From Gloeobacterales cyanobacterium (GTDB lineage: Bacteria; Cyanobacteriota; Cyanobacteriia; Gloeobacterales; PMM-0068): 64,000 bases of DNA. Below, one piece after another: positions 53,164-63,370 of the stretch. Position 1 is the stretch's first letter. Each line of letters opens with the position of its first letter. A program made the position numbers and the translations under genes. Below the pieces are notes generated by a model that searched no databases, had not been told where the DNA came from, and saw only the letters and a program-made list of their open reading frames with translations. Location: NCBI GenBank assembly GCA_038245785.1, contig JBBRSB010000024.1:1-64000 (forward strand), given 5' to 3'.

Positions 53164-53347
53164 TGATCTCAGAAAGTTTAGGTTTCCGCGTAGTCCGTTT
53201 CACAAACGATGAAGTGACCTATCGCTTTGGCAGCGTCTGTAGCCAAATCCGAGCCATCCTTCTCCTCCCAGAATAGGTTCCCCTTCGTAGGCGAAGCCTT
53301 CCCGAAGGGTGGGGAGCTGTCCCGTAGGGACTGAGGGGTGGAATTGA
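52951..53347. mobile_element. MITE/REPIN-like element with ~68-bp inverted repeats around an internally deleted DUF559 gene
   Basis: TCAATTCCACCCCTCAGTCCCTACGGGACAGCTCCCCACCCTTCGGGAAGGCTTCGCCTACGAAGGGG and its reverse complement ending at 53347. Confidence 0.8.
53070..53276 (+). pseudogene. DUF559 (Vsr-like endonuclease) remnant with an internal deletion
   Basis: N-terminal RARKMRGSPTTSERKLWYKL joined directly to C-terminal ESLGFRVVRFTNDEV. Confidence 0.8.
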
Positions 53348-53398
53348 TGGCCTGCGTAGCGGTGGTAAAATTGTGGCACCCATGCTTCAGGGCCATCC

Positions 53399-54055
53399 AT
53401 GGTCCATACGTTTCGAGAGCGCTATCCCACTGGAGGTATTCTGACCGACCTGCTGAGAGTCGAGCAGGGGCTTTTTGTGGTGCGGGCGGAAGTTCGAGTA
53501 GATGACCGTACGATTCTTGCTACGGGCCTTGCCGCCGCCGCAGACCTGGAAAAGGCTGAAGAAAGAGCGATCGAACGGGCCTTTGAGCATTTGGGGATGC
53601 AAACTCGCTCGAGAACAGGCTGGAGCCCAGAGCCCTCCCTGGCCTCTGAGCGAAAAATTGAGTCAGGACCTCTCCGTCGTTCTCTGAACGGTTCTTTTAA
53701 AGGAAGTGAGATTGGCTCTTCCCTTTCCTTGAGCGAGGAATTGGATAATCTGGAGCCTGATTCTAGTGCATCCATTTCACCGGGTTCATCGAGTCCGTCA
53801 CGCTTAAATAAAAACTTTTCCAAAGATCTCCCTGAACAAGAAATCTCGATGGACCTCTCTGAGCTGATCGCCCAAACTAATGTTGAGATGAAGCGCATTG
53901 GTTGGATGGCCAAACAGGGGCAAGACTACCTGCAACGTACTTTTGGCAAGCGTTCTCGCCAGCAGTTAGACGAAGAAGAACTCGCAGAATTTTTAGAATT
54001 TCTCAAAAATCAGCCCACCCAAATGGCTAATCGTAGGCCCCAAGCCCCTTTCTAA
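53399..54055 (+). CDS. conserved cyanobacterial hypothetical protein
   Basis: FRERYPTGGI...ATGLA...AEERA N-terminal domain; GW...GQDYLQRTFGKRSRQQL C-terminal domain. Confidence 0.8.
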   Translation: MVHTFRERYPTGGILTDLLRVEQGLFVVRAEVRVDDRTILATGLAAAADLEKAEERAIERAFEHLGMQTRSRTGWSPEPSLASERKIESGPLRRSLNGSFKGSEIGSSLSLSEELDNLEPDSSASISPGSSSPSRLNKNFSKDLPEQEISMDLSELIAQTNVEMKRIGWMAKQGQDYLQRTFGKRSRQQLDEEELAEFLEFLKNQPTQMANRRPQAPF

Positions 54056-54066
54056 CAGTCTGTAGG

Positions 54067-54489
54067 CTAAGAGTCTTCAGGCACTCCGGCAGCGCGACTA
54101 CGGGTCACCGTCAACAATACAGCCATCAATTCATCGGGGTCCCAGGGTTTAGCCAGAAAGTATTCTCCCCCACTCTCATAGCTCTGCACACGATTTTGCA
54201 CATCTGCGTAGCTCGAGATGAAGACGACAGGCGGTGCTTTGGAACCGTAGGTTTCTTTCAAAGACCGACTAAAAGCAAAACCATCCATGTCAGGCATACT
54301 GATGTCCGTCACAATCGCTTCCACCAATGCAGGATGCGTCTGAAGAAATAGCAACCCCTCATGGCCGCTACCCGCAGTAGACACAAGAAAACCTCGGTTT
54401 GTCAGATATTTTTCTGCAATCCGCCGCTGAAAAGGATCGTCATCCACGACGAGAATCTGTTTAGCCACAAGAATATTCCGCGTTCTCAA
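54067..54489 (-). CDS. single-domain response regulator
   Basis: ILVVDDD, TDISMPDMDG and KPW. Confidence 0.88.
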   Translation of the reverse strand: MRTRNILVAKQILVVDDDPFQRRIAEKYLTNRGFLVSTAGSGHEGLLFLQTHPALVEAIVTDISMPDMDGFAFSRSLKETYGSKAPPVVFISSYADVQNRVQSYESGGEYFLAKPWDPDELMAVLLTVTRSRAAGVPEDS

Positions 54490-54867
54490 TTAAGACTATT
54501 ACTGTTCTACCTTCCCTGTCTCCGTAGTACTACGTACAAAGCCATTCAGGAGTTTAAAGAGTGTATGAAGTTTGTGTGTCATTTTAGTTAATTTAAGCGG
54601 CTTTGAGCCCTCGAAAGTTTCCTAGGCTTAATTTTGAGCGCTATCCATAATGTTCTGCGTGTTTGTACCAGGAGAGACTCGTGACTTTCATAATTGCTCT
54701 TGAAAAAGTTTTGTCAAGATCGAAATGATACTTCTAGCAAAATAGGGAGCAAAGTGACTCTTTAAAATCCCAGTATGGAATTCTCCATCTTCACTACAAA
54801 TGCTACAAAGAGCGCGGTGTGCCAGGAGCAATGGCAAGATAAGAGGAGCTTAAGATAATCACGGGTT

Positions 54868-56394
54868 ATGGACGCAGACGTCATTGTAATCGGAGCAGGT
54901 ATCGGAGGATTGGTTACAGCAGCGCAATTGGCTGCTGGGGGGATCAATGTTTTGGTCCTGGAAAAGTATCTGATTCCAGGCGGTAGTGCCGGTTATTTTG
55001 ATCGGGCAGTACCTGAAGGCCACTATCGTTTTGACGTAGGGGCATCAATGATCTATGGCTTTGGTACAGAAGGGACAACAAACCTATTGACTCGTGCTCT
55101 AGAGGCTGTAGATGAACGTTTAGAGACCATCCCTGACCCTGTGCAGATCAGTTACCATCTGCCCAAAGGCTTAAACCTACGGGTGCATCGAGACTATAAA
55201 GAATTCTTAGAGGAATTAGGTTCACATTTTCCAGAAGAGAAAGCGGGAATTCGTGCTTTCTATGACGAAGCCTGGAAAGTTTTCAACTGTTTGAATGCTA
55301 TCGAATTGAAATCGTTAGAAGAAATTCGCTATCTAACCCGTGTGTTTTTCCAAAACCCTCTGGCCTGTCTGCGGTTGGCCCGCTATCTTCCCGTAAATGT
55401 TGGCAGCGTGGCTCGGAAATATCTAAAAAATCCTGACCTCCTCAAATTTATTGATATGGAATGCTACTGCTGGTCCGTGGTGCCTGCGGATCAGACGCCG
55501 ATGATTAATGCAGGCATGGTTTGGGCAGACCGCCACTATGGGGGGATCAACTATCCTCAGGGAGGTGTAGGCCGTATTGGGGAAGCTTTGAGCCGTGGGC
55601 TGACGAAGAAAGGAGGCCGCATTCGCTATGGAGCACGGGTTACCAAAGTTCTGGTAGAACGAGGCCGCGCTGTGGGCGTCCAACTCGCCACAGGAGAAGT
55701 TCTGAAGGCAAAGAAAGTAATTAGTAATGCCACCCGTTGGGATACATTTGGTCGGATGATCCCTGAAACAGACATTCCTCCATCAGAAATTCGTTGGCGC
55801 AAGCGCTATGAGCCCTCTCCCAGTTTCCTCAGCCTGCATCTTGGCGTGAAGCATGAAGTCTTGGCACAGGAAACTGATATGCACCATGTTGTCTTGGAAG
55901 ATTGGCAACGGCTGACCGATGAGCAGGGGACTATCTTTGTGTCTATCCCCACGATATTGGACCCGACGCTTGCTCCGGTCGACCGTCATATTATTCATAC
56001 CTTCAGCCCCAGCTCTATGCAGTATTGGCAAGGACTCAATCCTGCAGACTATGCCCAAAAGAAAAATCAAGATGCCCAACGCTTGATAGAGCGGCTGAGT
56101 AATCTATGGCCAGGCTTAACAGACGGTATTACCTTTATGGAAATAGGAACTCCACGCACCCACCGACGATTTTTGGGGAGAGTCGGTGGTACCTATGGCC
56201 CTATTCCTGCGGGGATTCCTCTTGGACTCTTGGGAACTCCTTTTAATCGAACAGCCATCAACGGACTCTATTGTGTGGGGGATAGCACATTCCCAGGGCA
56301 AGGATTGAATGCTGTTGCTTTCTCTGGAATCGCATGTGCTCATCGGGTTGCCGTAGACCTTGGGTTAACCTCTGGTATACCTATAAAGATCTAA
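54868..56394 (+). CDS. crtH: carotenoid isomerase
   Basis: FDVGASMI, FIDMECYCWS, DRHYGGINYP and STFPGQGLNAVAFSG. Confidence 0.93.
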   Translation: MDADVIVIGAGIGGLVTAAQLAAGGINVLVLEKYLIPGGSAGYFDRAVPEGHYRFDVGASMIYGFGTEGTTNLLTRALEAVDERLETIPDPVQISYHLPKGLNLRVHRDYKEFLEELGSHFPEEKAGIRAFYDEAWKVFNCLNAIELKSLEEIRYLTRVFFQNPLACLRLARYLPVNVGSVARKYLKNPDLLKFIDMECYCWSVVPADQTPMINAGMVWADRHYGGINYPQGGVGRIGEALSRGLTKKGGRIRYGARVTKVLVERGRAVGVQLATGEVLKAKKVISNATRWDTFGRMIPETDIPPSEIRWRKRYEPSPSFLSLHLGVKHEVLAQETDMHHVVLEDWQRLTDEQGTIFVSIPTILDPTLAPVDRHIIHTFSPSSMQYWQGLNPADYAQKKNQDAQRLIERLSNLWPGLTDGITFMEIGTPRTHRRFLGRVGGTYGPIPAGIPLGLLGTPFNRTAINGLYCVGDSTFPGQGLNAVAFSGIACAHRVAVDLGLTSGIPIKI

Positions 56395-56429
56395 GTGTGT
56401 GCACACTAGGCAAGAGGGGTCGAGTCGCA

Positions 56430-57599
56430 ATGGCAGAAAACAAAATCCTGATTGTTGATGATGACCCTGCCCTGTGTAAGGTCCTTGCCATGTATTTAGA
56501 GAAGCAGGGGTATCGAGTTTTAACGAGTGGAGACAGTGTCCAGGGATTGGAAAAATTTAAACAGGAGCGCCCTGGCTTAGTGATTGCCGACTGGACTATG
56601 CCTGGCATGGATGGGGTAGAGCTTTGTCGTCAAATTAAAAAAATAGATTCCACTGCCTATTTCATCTTCCTCAGTGGCCGTGGTGCCATCCATGACCGAG
56701 TGGCTGGTTTGGATGCGGGGGCCGATGATTTTTTGTCTAAGCCTGCCGATACCAAGGAATTATTAGCTCGAATCCGGGCTGGATTTCGACTCTACGAAGT
56801 CAGTATCGAACTGCAAGCCGTCAACTGCCACCTGGAAAATACATTGGCCCAAGTGCAAACGCAGCAGAGATTGATGGACCGGGACTTGAAGAGCGCTGCC
56901 GAATTTTTGCAATCCTTGCTTCCTGAGCCTTTTTTCTCAACCCGCATTAAAGCGCATTGGCGTTTTTTGCCTTCTGCTGTCTTAGGTGGCGACTACTTTG
57001 ACTACTTCTGGCTAGATGATCATCGTCTGGCTCTCTATCTCTTGGACGTGACGGGGCATGGCATTGGCTCTGCCCTACTGGCTGCCTCGACTGGTTATTT
57101 ATTACGGGCAGAACCCTCTGCCGCAGGCGACCGCAGCAAACCGGAAACCGTTTTAACCTCGCTCAATCACAACTTAGTAGCGAGTGAATCTGACCTCTTC
57201 TACACCATGTGGTATGGTGTCTGGGATTTGGAGGGAGGCACTTTGACCTACGCCTGTGCAGGTCATCCCAGCCCAATCTTGTTTTGTAAAGAAGGACTCG
57301 TCCCGCTAGAAGGCGGGTCTTTACCGATTGGCGTGATTGTTGATGCCGAATACACGGCTTATCAAGTAAATCTTCAGCCAGGAAATAGGCTTTATTTATT
57401 TAGTGATGGTATCTACGAGATTTTCGGTGCGAATAAACAGCTTCTAGCAGAAAAAGATTTTATGGACTGGTTGGCAGAAGCGAGTACGCTCCCCTTTGAA
57501 CAAAGTTTGGATGAGATTATTGCCTGCGCTTGGGCTTTCCAAGGACATACTCATTTTCCTGATGACGTTTGTTTAGTCGCTCTAGAATTGTCTCTCTAG
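56430..57599 (+). CDS. REC + SpoIIE/PP2C phosphatase (RsbU-like)
   Basis: ADWTMPGMDG; LGGDYF, DVTGHG, SDGIYE and DDV. Confidence 0.9.
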   Translation: MAENKILIVDDDPALCKVLAMYLEKQGYRVLTSGDSVQGLEKFKQERPGLVIADWTMPGMDGVELCRQIKKIDSTAYFIFLSGRGAIHDRVAGLDAGADDFLSKPADTKELLARIRAGFRLYEVSIELQAVNCHLENTLAQVQTQQRLMDRDLKSAAEFLQSLLPEPFFSTRIKAHWRFLPSAVLGGDYFDYFWLDDHRLALYLLDVTGHGIGSALLAASTGYLLRAEPSAAGDRSKPETVLTSLNHNLVASESDLFYTMWYGVWDLEGGTLTYACAGHPSPILFCKEGLVPLEGGSLPIGVIVDAEYTAYQVNLQPGNRLYLFSDGIYEIFGANKQLLAEKDFMDWLAEASTLPFEQSLDEIIACAWAFQGHTHFPDDVCLVALELSL

Positions 57600-57604
57600 A
57601 TTTA

Positions 57605-58408
57605 CTAATCTTCTAAAAAATCATCTGAATATATTTTACAGCTACTGAAACTTTCTTGGGCAATAGCTAAATTTTTATCATGGGCCCAATCAATCTCGGG
57701 CATCTCATCAAAAGCTTTCTGTAGCGCACCTTCCCAATACTGACGGATCTCCATAAGATAGGGATCTCGCTGATTTAAACGCATTTTATTATTTATTTCA
57801 AAGGTGTCCACACAGTACATAATCATCTGAATAGGAGGACCCACGGAAATATTTGATTTCATAGTGGAGTCAATAGAAAGCAAGGCACACCTAGCTGCCT
57901 TCTCAATGGGAGTTGTATGTCGCAGTACTCTGTCTAATATGGGTTTCCCATATTTGGTTTCCCCTGTTTGCAAGAAGGGTGTTTCTGGTGTTGCTTTGAT
58001 ACAATTTCCTTGGGTATAGACTAGGTAGAGTTCTGGTTCTTCTCCTTTGATTTGTCCCCCGACTAAGAAACTAGCGTGATAGTCAATCCGGTCTGCATCT
58101 AAACTAGCTCGGTCCAGTTTTTGTATTTCTCGCTGTTTACTGCCCACATATCGGGCCACATCGTACATGGTGGGAAGATTGTGGATATTGACCTGATCCA
58201 TCGTATGGAGATCTTTTTTTAACCAGGCGATCACTCCTTGCGTGATCGATAAGTTGCCGGAAGTTGTAATGACAATGACTCGTTCTCCAGGGTTAGAGAA
58301 GTCAAACAGCTTTTGGTAAGTAGATACATGGTCCACTCCGGCATGAGTCCGGGAGTCGGAAGCCATCACGATTCCCGATTGGGTAATAATGCCCAGGCAG
58401 TAAGTCAT
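57605..58408 (-). CDS. proteasome-type protease (Anbu)
   Basis: MTYC...SDSRTHAGVD, GETKYGKPILDR and DSTMKSNISVGPP. Confidence 0.92.
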   Translation of the reverse strand: MTYCLGIITQSGIVMASDSRTHAGVDHVSTYQKLFDFSNPGERVIVITTSGNLSITQGVIAWLKKDLHTMDQVNIHNLPTMYDVARYVGSKQREIQKLDRASLDADRIDYHASFLVGGQIKGEEPELYLVYTQGNCIKATPETPFLQTGETKYGKPILDRVLRHTTPIEKAARCALLSIDSTMKSNISVGPPIQMIMYCVDTFEINNKMRLNQRDPYLMEIRQYWEGALQKAFDEMPEIDWAHDKNLAIAQESFSSCKIYSDDFLED

Positions 58409-58503
58409 GGTGATTTACTAAGGGTAGCGAGGATAATTGATGAACTCTAAAATAGTGTATCGGTAATCTGCCTTTATCGCAGTAGACCTCATACACTGGA
58501 TAG

Positions 58504-60264
58504 ATGACTCGCCAAGCCGCTCCTTCTTCCCTGCAGGTACTTCTGGAGTACCTCAGGCCTCATCAAAAAGAATTCTGGACTGGTGTCTTCTTTCTTCTGT
58601 GCACCACGCTGCTAGGGGCAACGATCCCTTGGTTCATCAAAAATGCGATTGATGATCTAGGCAAAAATTTAGATTATCGGCAGCTCCTGCTCTATGCCGG
58701 GGCGATTCTCGGTCTGGCTACAGCCATGCTGGTGATTCGTGTCATTTCTAGAATTTATCTATTCAGAATTGGTCGGCAGGTGGAATTTGACCTGAAGGGC
58801 CGAATATTTGATCACCTACTCCTAATGCCGCCTTCTTACTTCTCGATCAATCCCGCCGGAGACTTGATCAGTAGAGCCACGAGTGATGTGGATAATATCC
58901 GCCGTCTGCTTGGATTCTCGGTGTTGAGTATCCTCAATGCTATTTTTACCTACGTTTTGACCGTGCCTTTTATGTTGGCGATGGATGTCGAACTAACGCT
59001 CTTGTCCCTGTCTGTTTATCCGATTATGTTTGGGGCGGTAGCTTTGTTTGGTGGTCAACTCCGCAATCAGCAAATGGACGTTCAGCAAAGGCTTAGTGGC
59101 TTAAGCACGCTTTTGCAAGAAGACCTTAATGGCATTGCCTTGATCAAGGTTTATGCCCAGGAAGAAAATGAAGAGGCCGCTTTTGGTCGTCAAAATCAGC
59201 AGCTCCTGGAAGCTAACCTGAAGCTGGCACGGACGCAAAATACACTTTTTCCCTTGTTGGGAGCTCTGGCTGGAGTGAGTCTTTTGGTTCTCCTGTGGGC
59301 TGGGGGGCCAAAGTTAGCAGAAGGCTCGTTGAGTATTGGGGAATTAACTGCGCTAACGGTCTATATTGCCCAGCTCATTTTTCCTACGGCACTTCTTGGT
59401 TTCACGATCACTTCTTTCCAAAGAGGGCAGGTCAGTATTGAACGAGTGGAAAATATTCTGGCTACGACTCCTGCCATTGCAGACCCACCCGATGCCATTG
59501 CCTTCCAAAATCCTAAAGGAGATCTAGCGGTGAGTGGTTTGACTTTTAGCTATCCCAACGCTAAAGTTCCCACGCTAAAGGATATTCACCTGCAGCTACC
59601 TGCAGGGAGCACGGCTGCTCTAGTAGGACCTGTGGGCTCGGGCAAGACGACCCTGGCGAATGTTTTTCCACACCTGCTTGAAATCGCTCCCAACCAAGTC
59701 TTTTTAGATGGTGAGGACATTACGCATATCCGTCTTAAAGATGTGAGAAAGGCTATTGCCATGGTTCCTCAAGAAAGTTTTTTGTTTAGCACTACGGTAG
59801 CCGATAACATCCGCTACGGAAAACCAGACCTTGATTTGGAAGCTGTGATTGAAGTTGCAAAGACAGCCCGTGTGCACGAAGAAATCATGTGTTTTCCTCA
59901 GGGTTATCAAACCCTCGTTGGAGAACGCGGTATTACCCTTTCTGGGGGACAGCGTCAGCGTCTAGCCTTAGCCCGCGCCTTGCTCATGGATGCTCCCGTT
60001 TTGATTTTGGATGATGCTCTTTCAAGTGTGGATAATGAAACTGCCGAGGCTATCCTCGATAACTTGAAGCGTCGCCAGAAAAAAACGGTTCTTCTGATTA
60101 CCCATCGCCTCAGTGCCTCTGCGCGAGCTGATTTGATTGCCGTCATGGACCAAGGCCACATAGTCCAACAGGGCAGTCATTATGAACTTCTGCGTCAGGA
60201 AGGACTGTACCGGAAGCTCTGGGAACAGTCTCAGATGACAGAAGGCGTCAGTGGCGCTCTGTAA
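58504..60264 (+). CDS. ABC exporter, fused permease/ATPase
   Basis: GPVGSGKTT and [14 protein letters not shown]. Confidence 0.93.
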   Translation: MTRQAAPSSLQVLLEYLRPHQKEFWTGVFFLLCTTLLGATIPWFIKNAIDDLGKNLDYRQLLLYAGAILGLATAMLVIRVISRIYLFRIGRQVEFDLKGRIFDHLLLMPPSYFSINPAGDLISRATSDVDNIRRLLGFSVLSILNAIFTYVLTVPFMLAMDVELTLLSLSVYPIMFGAVALFGGQLRNQQMDVQQRLSGLSTLLQEDLNGIALIKVYAQEENEEAAFGRQNQQLLEANLKLARTQNTLFPLLGALAGVSLLVLLWAGGPKLAEGSLSIGELTALTVYIAQLIFPTALLGFTITSFQRGQVSIERVENILATTPAIADPPDAIAFQNPKGDLAVSGLTFSYPNAKVPTLKDIHLQLPAGSTAALVGPVGSGKTTLANVFPHLLEIAPNQVFLDGEDITHIRLKDVRKAIAMVPQESFLFSTTVADNIRYGKPDLDLEAVIEVAKTARVHEEIMCFPQGYQTLVGERGITLSGGQRQRLALARALLMDAPVLILDDALSSVDNETAEAILDNLKRRQKKTVLLITHRLSASARADLIAVMDQGHIVQQGSHYELLRQEGLYRKLWEQSQMTEGVSGAL

Positions 60265-60275
60265 GGCAGGGCATT

Positions 60276-60422
60276 ATGGCTGAAAAGAAACGCTATACCA
60301 AGAGCAATCTTCCCAGCAAAGTCTGCCCAGCATGCAATCGCCCTTTCGAATGGCGAAAAAAGTGGGAGCGCTGCTGGGATGAGGTGAAATACTGCTCTGA
60401 ACGGTGCCGCCAGGCACGCTAA
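60276..60422 (+). CDS. DUF2256 small Cys-rich protein (48 aa, not in the ORF track)
   Basis: manual translation ...[35 protein letters not shown]. Confidence 0.9.
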   Translation: MAEKKRYTKSNLPSKVCPACNRPFEWRKKWERCWDEVKYCSERCRQAR

Positions 60423-60748
60423 GCGTCGAGATGTCTCTCTAAAGTTGTGGCGAGGGTCGTTTTTGGAACCGCTCCAACTACCATGTCGACGCGCGTTCCC
60501 CCTTTGAAAACCATCAAAGTAGGAATAGAACGAATTCCATAGGTAGAAGCAACCTCAGGATTCTCATCTGTGTTCATCTTGACTACTTTGATTCTGCCAG
60601 CATATTGCTGAGAAATTTCATCTACGACAGGGGCAACCATCCGGCAAGGTCCACACCAAGGGGCCCAGAAATCCACAAGAACGGGTAGTTCAGAATCCAA
60701 AACCTCATCTTTGAAGGTTGCATCAGTAACAGGGTGTGCGGAGGACAT
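60419..60748 (-). CDS. trxA: thioredoxin (m-type)
   Basis: [13 protein letters not shown] and YGIRSIPTL. Confidence 0.96.
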   Translation of the reverse strand: MSSAHPVTDATFKDEVLDSELPVLVDFWAPWCGPCRMVAPVVDEISQQYAGRIKVVKMNTDENPEVASTYGIRSIPTLMVFKGGTRVDMVVGAVPKTTLATTLERHLDA

Positions 60749-60835
60749 GCCTAAGAAACTCCTAGCTGGAAAAAGGAAGTCATGTGGCTATGATCCTACC
60801 TCATGGCTGTCCTGTGCTGTATATCCTTAAGCCAC

Positions 60836-60904
60836 AAAAAAAACCGCCTAGATCGCTCCAGGCGGGTCATGGTGTGAGGAGTGAACGGAAACATGCGTCT
60901 CCGT
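60836..60904 (-). ncRNA. yfr1: Yfr1 small RNA
   Basis: ACGGAGACGCATGTTTCCGT hairpin, ACTCCTCACAC motif, terminator CCGCCTGGA..TCTAGGCGG-T8; upstream of trxA as in other cyanobacteria. Confidence 0.93.
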
Positions 60905-61295
60905 CATCTCCATGATAGGGGATGGACCCAAAAACTTCTGCCACAATTTACTCGATATTTTATATTTGTAAAGCCTTTGATGGAAAGAGTCTTCTGTCTT
61001 TGACAGAATGTGAAAAAGAGAGCGCAAGACTGTCCTTGTTGCGTCCTGCCCTCTCTTTTCCCGCTCACTCCTCACTTGGCTGCAGTATAGACAGATTTTC
61101 ATAAGGTGTAAAGATGGGGGCTCAACCGCTGTATCTGCCTTGTAATCTTTATTCTGAGTTTGTCGGACCTTTAGGCTCTATTCGTTAGGGTCGACTTGAG
61201 CTCATTAAACTTTCATAAACCTTGATACTCAATCAGGTAAGAGCTTAGAGCCTTCTGTACTAGCATAAAGGCCCTATCGACCACAGAAAATCCTT

Positions 61296-61336
61296 GTATC
61301 TCACGTTACCTTTAGATAGTTCATGGGTAATATACT
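61296..61336 (+). promoter_or_regulatory. candidate NtcA-activated promoter
   Basis: GTA-TCTCACGT-TAC (61296-61309), 21-nt gap, TATACT -10 box. Confidence 0.45.
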
Positions 61337-61672
61337 TCAAAATGTTGCTAAAAACAGGGTCATTTTTAGAGGGAAAAGAGTAGGTTATGGAAGAGACTGG
61401 TCTGTCGGATTTTACATTAATGTCTTCGCTTATGACTTCACACTGGCTCGGTGAGAGGATGACTAACTTTTATGCAGATCTGGAATTGGAGCAAGAGGGT
61501 AGTAGCGAAGAAAATGTAGCCGCTTTGTCTGAGCAGCATGTGGCAGCCTAGCACTTGATCGCAAGATTCCGGTCCTTAGGTCAAGAAAGTAGCAAAGGAA
61601 CAGGCTAAAGAAACATCTTCAAGTCCTCTTCCATTAAGATTAAGGAGTGCCTATCTCCTTTTCCCAACTCCC

Positions 61673-63298
61673 ATGAAGAACGTTGAACGGTTGATTGTTT
61701 TCGACACTACCCTCCGCGACGGAGAACAATCTCCTGGAGCTACGCTTAATACGCAGGAAAAACTCGAAATCGCCCGTCAACTAGCTCGACTAGGAGTGGA
61801 TGTCATTGAAGCAGGGTTTCCCTACGCAAGTCCTGGTGATTTTGAAGCGGTGCAGCTTATCGCCCGTGAGGTAAAGGGTGTAACGATTTGCGGTCTGGCA
61901 AGGACCCTGCCACAGGATATTGACCGCTGTGCAGAAGCGCTCCAAGACGCTGAGCGGGCGCGTATCCATACCTTCATTGCCACCTCTGACCTCCACATGC
62001 AGTACAAGTTGCGCAAATCTCGTGAAGAAGTCTTGGCGAGTACCCAGGAAGCGGTTACCCACGCTTGCAATAAATTGCGGGAATTGAGGGGAGACCGTTT
62101 TTGGGAAGTGGAATTTTCTCCAGAAGATGCTGGCCGTTCTGATGAAACCTTTCTCTTTCAAGTGATTGAGACGGCGATTCGGGCTGGAGCAACCACGATT
62201 AATATTCCAGATACCGTTGGTTATACAACGCCCAGTGAATTTGGTGGCTTGATTGGTCGTATCCGCGAGCATGTCCCCAACATTGACCAAGCCGTGATTT
62301 CTGTTCATTGCCATAATGATTTGGGCTTGGCTGCAGCTAACTCTTTAGAAGCTGTTAAGAATGGTGCCCGGCAAGTTGAATGTACGATTAATGGAATTGG
62401 TGAACGGGCAGGCAACTGCTCGTTGGAAGAGATTGTAATGACGCTATTTGTGCGAAGACCTTATTTCAATCCTTATTTCGGTCGTCCGGCAGAATCAGAA
62501 GAGTCTTTAACTAATATCAAAACCACAGAAATTTACCGAACTTCTCGCTTGGTTTCAACCCATACGGGCATGCTAGTCCAGCCGAACAAAGCGATTGTTG
62601 GAGCGAATGCTTTTGCCCATGAGTCAGGGATTCACCAAGATGGTGTGCTCAAGCACAAACGCACCTATGAAATTATGGATGCAGAAAGCATTGGCCTTGC
62701 TGAAAACCAATTAGTGCTGGGCAAGCTTTCTGGCCGGAATGCTTTTCGTTCCCGGCTTCAGGAATTAGGCTTTTTCCTCAGTGAGACAGACCTGAACCGT
62801 GCTTTCTTGCGCTTCAAAGACTTAGCCGATAAGAAGAAGCATGTCACCGATTGGGACTTGGAGGCGATTGTCAACGATGAGGCCCGCCAGGTATTTGAAG
62901 CTTATCAACTGTTGCAGGTCCAAGTTTCTTGTGGAGACCAAGGGCTTCCCACCGCTACGGTCAAGCTCTTAGTTCCTCAGGGCGAAGAGCTGGTTGATGC
63001 AGCTGTAGGGACGGGACCTGTGGATGCAGTTTATAAAGCAATTAATCGGATGATTCAGTTACCTAATGAGCTGATCGAATTTTCTGTGCAGTCCGTGACT
63101 GAGGGTATTGATGCTTTAGGTAAAGTGACTATCCGTTTACGTCATGAGGGTAAAACCTTCACCGGACATGGTGCTAACACAGACATCATCGTTGCTTCTG
63201 CCCGCGCCTATATCAATGCTCTAAATAAGCTCCACAACGCTCTATCTCATCCTGAAATCTTGACCAATCAGGAAGAAATTGCTGGACAGAAAGTATGA
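61673..63298 (+). CDS. leuA: 2-isopropylmalate synthase
   Basis: [22 protein letters not shown] and HESGIHQDG motifs. Confidence 0.96.
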   Translation: MKNVERLIVFDTTLRDGEQSPGATLNTQEKLEIARQLARLGVDVIEAGFPYASPGDFEAVQLIAREVKGVTICGLARTLPQDIDRCAEALQDAERARIHTFIATSDLHMQYKLRKSREEVLASTQEAVTHACNKLRELRGDRFWEVEFSPEDAGRSDETFLFQVIETAIRAGATTINIPDTVGYTTPSEFGGLIGRIREHVPNIDQAVISVHCHNDLGLAAANSLEAVKNGARQVECTINGIGERAGNCSLEEIVMTLFVRRPYFNPYFGRPAESEESLTNIKTTEIYRTSRLVSTHTGMLVQPNKAIVGANAFAHESGIHQDGVLKHKRTYEIMDAESIGLAENQLVLGKLSGRNAFRSRLQELGFFLSETDLNRAFLRFKDLADKKKHVTDWDLEAIVNDEARQVFEAYQLLQVQVSCGDQGLPTATVKLLVPQGEELVDAAVGTGPVDAVYKAINRMIQLPNELIEFSVQSVTEGIDALGKVTIRLRHEGKTFTGHGANTDIIVASARAYINALNKLHNALSHPEILTNQEEIAGQKV

Positions 63299-63370
63299 AG
63301 ATAGAACAAAGATTACGTAACGTAACATTAAATCCTGTTATGTTGTAGACATCCTGTCCGGTGTGCTACC

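Noticed and set aside
52951..53347. CRISPR array or autonomous IS
   Set aside because: The repeats are inverted rather than direct, and there is no transposase
60848..61104. Short ORFs on both strands near yfr1
   Set aside because: No recognisable motifs, and one overlaps the sRNA
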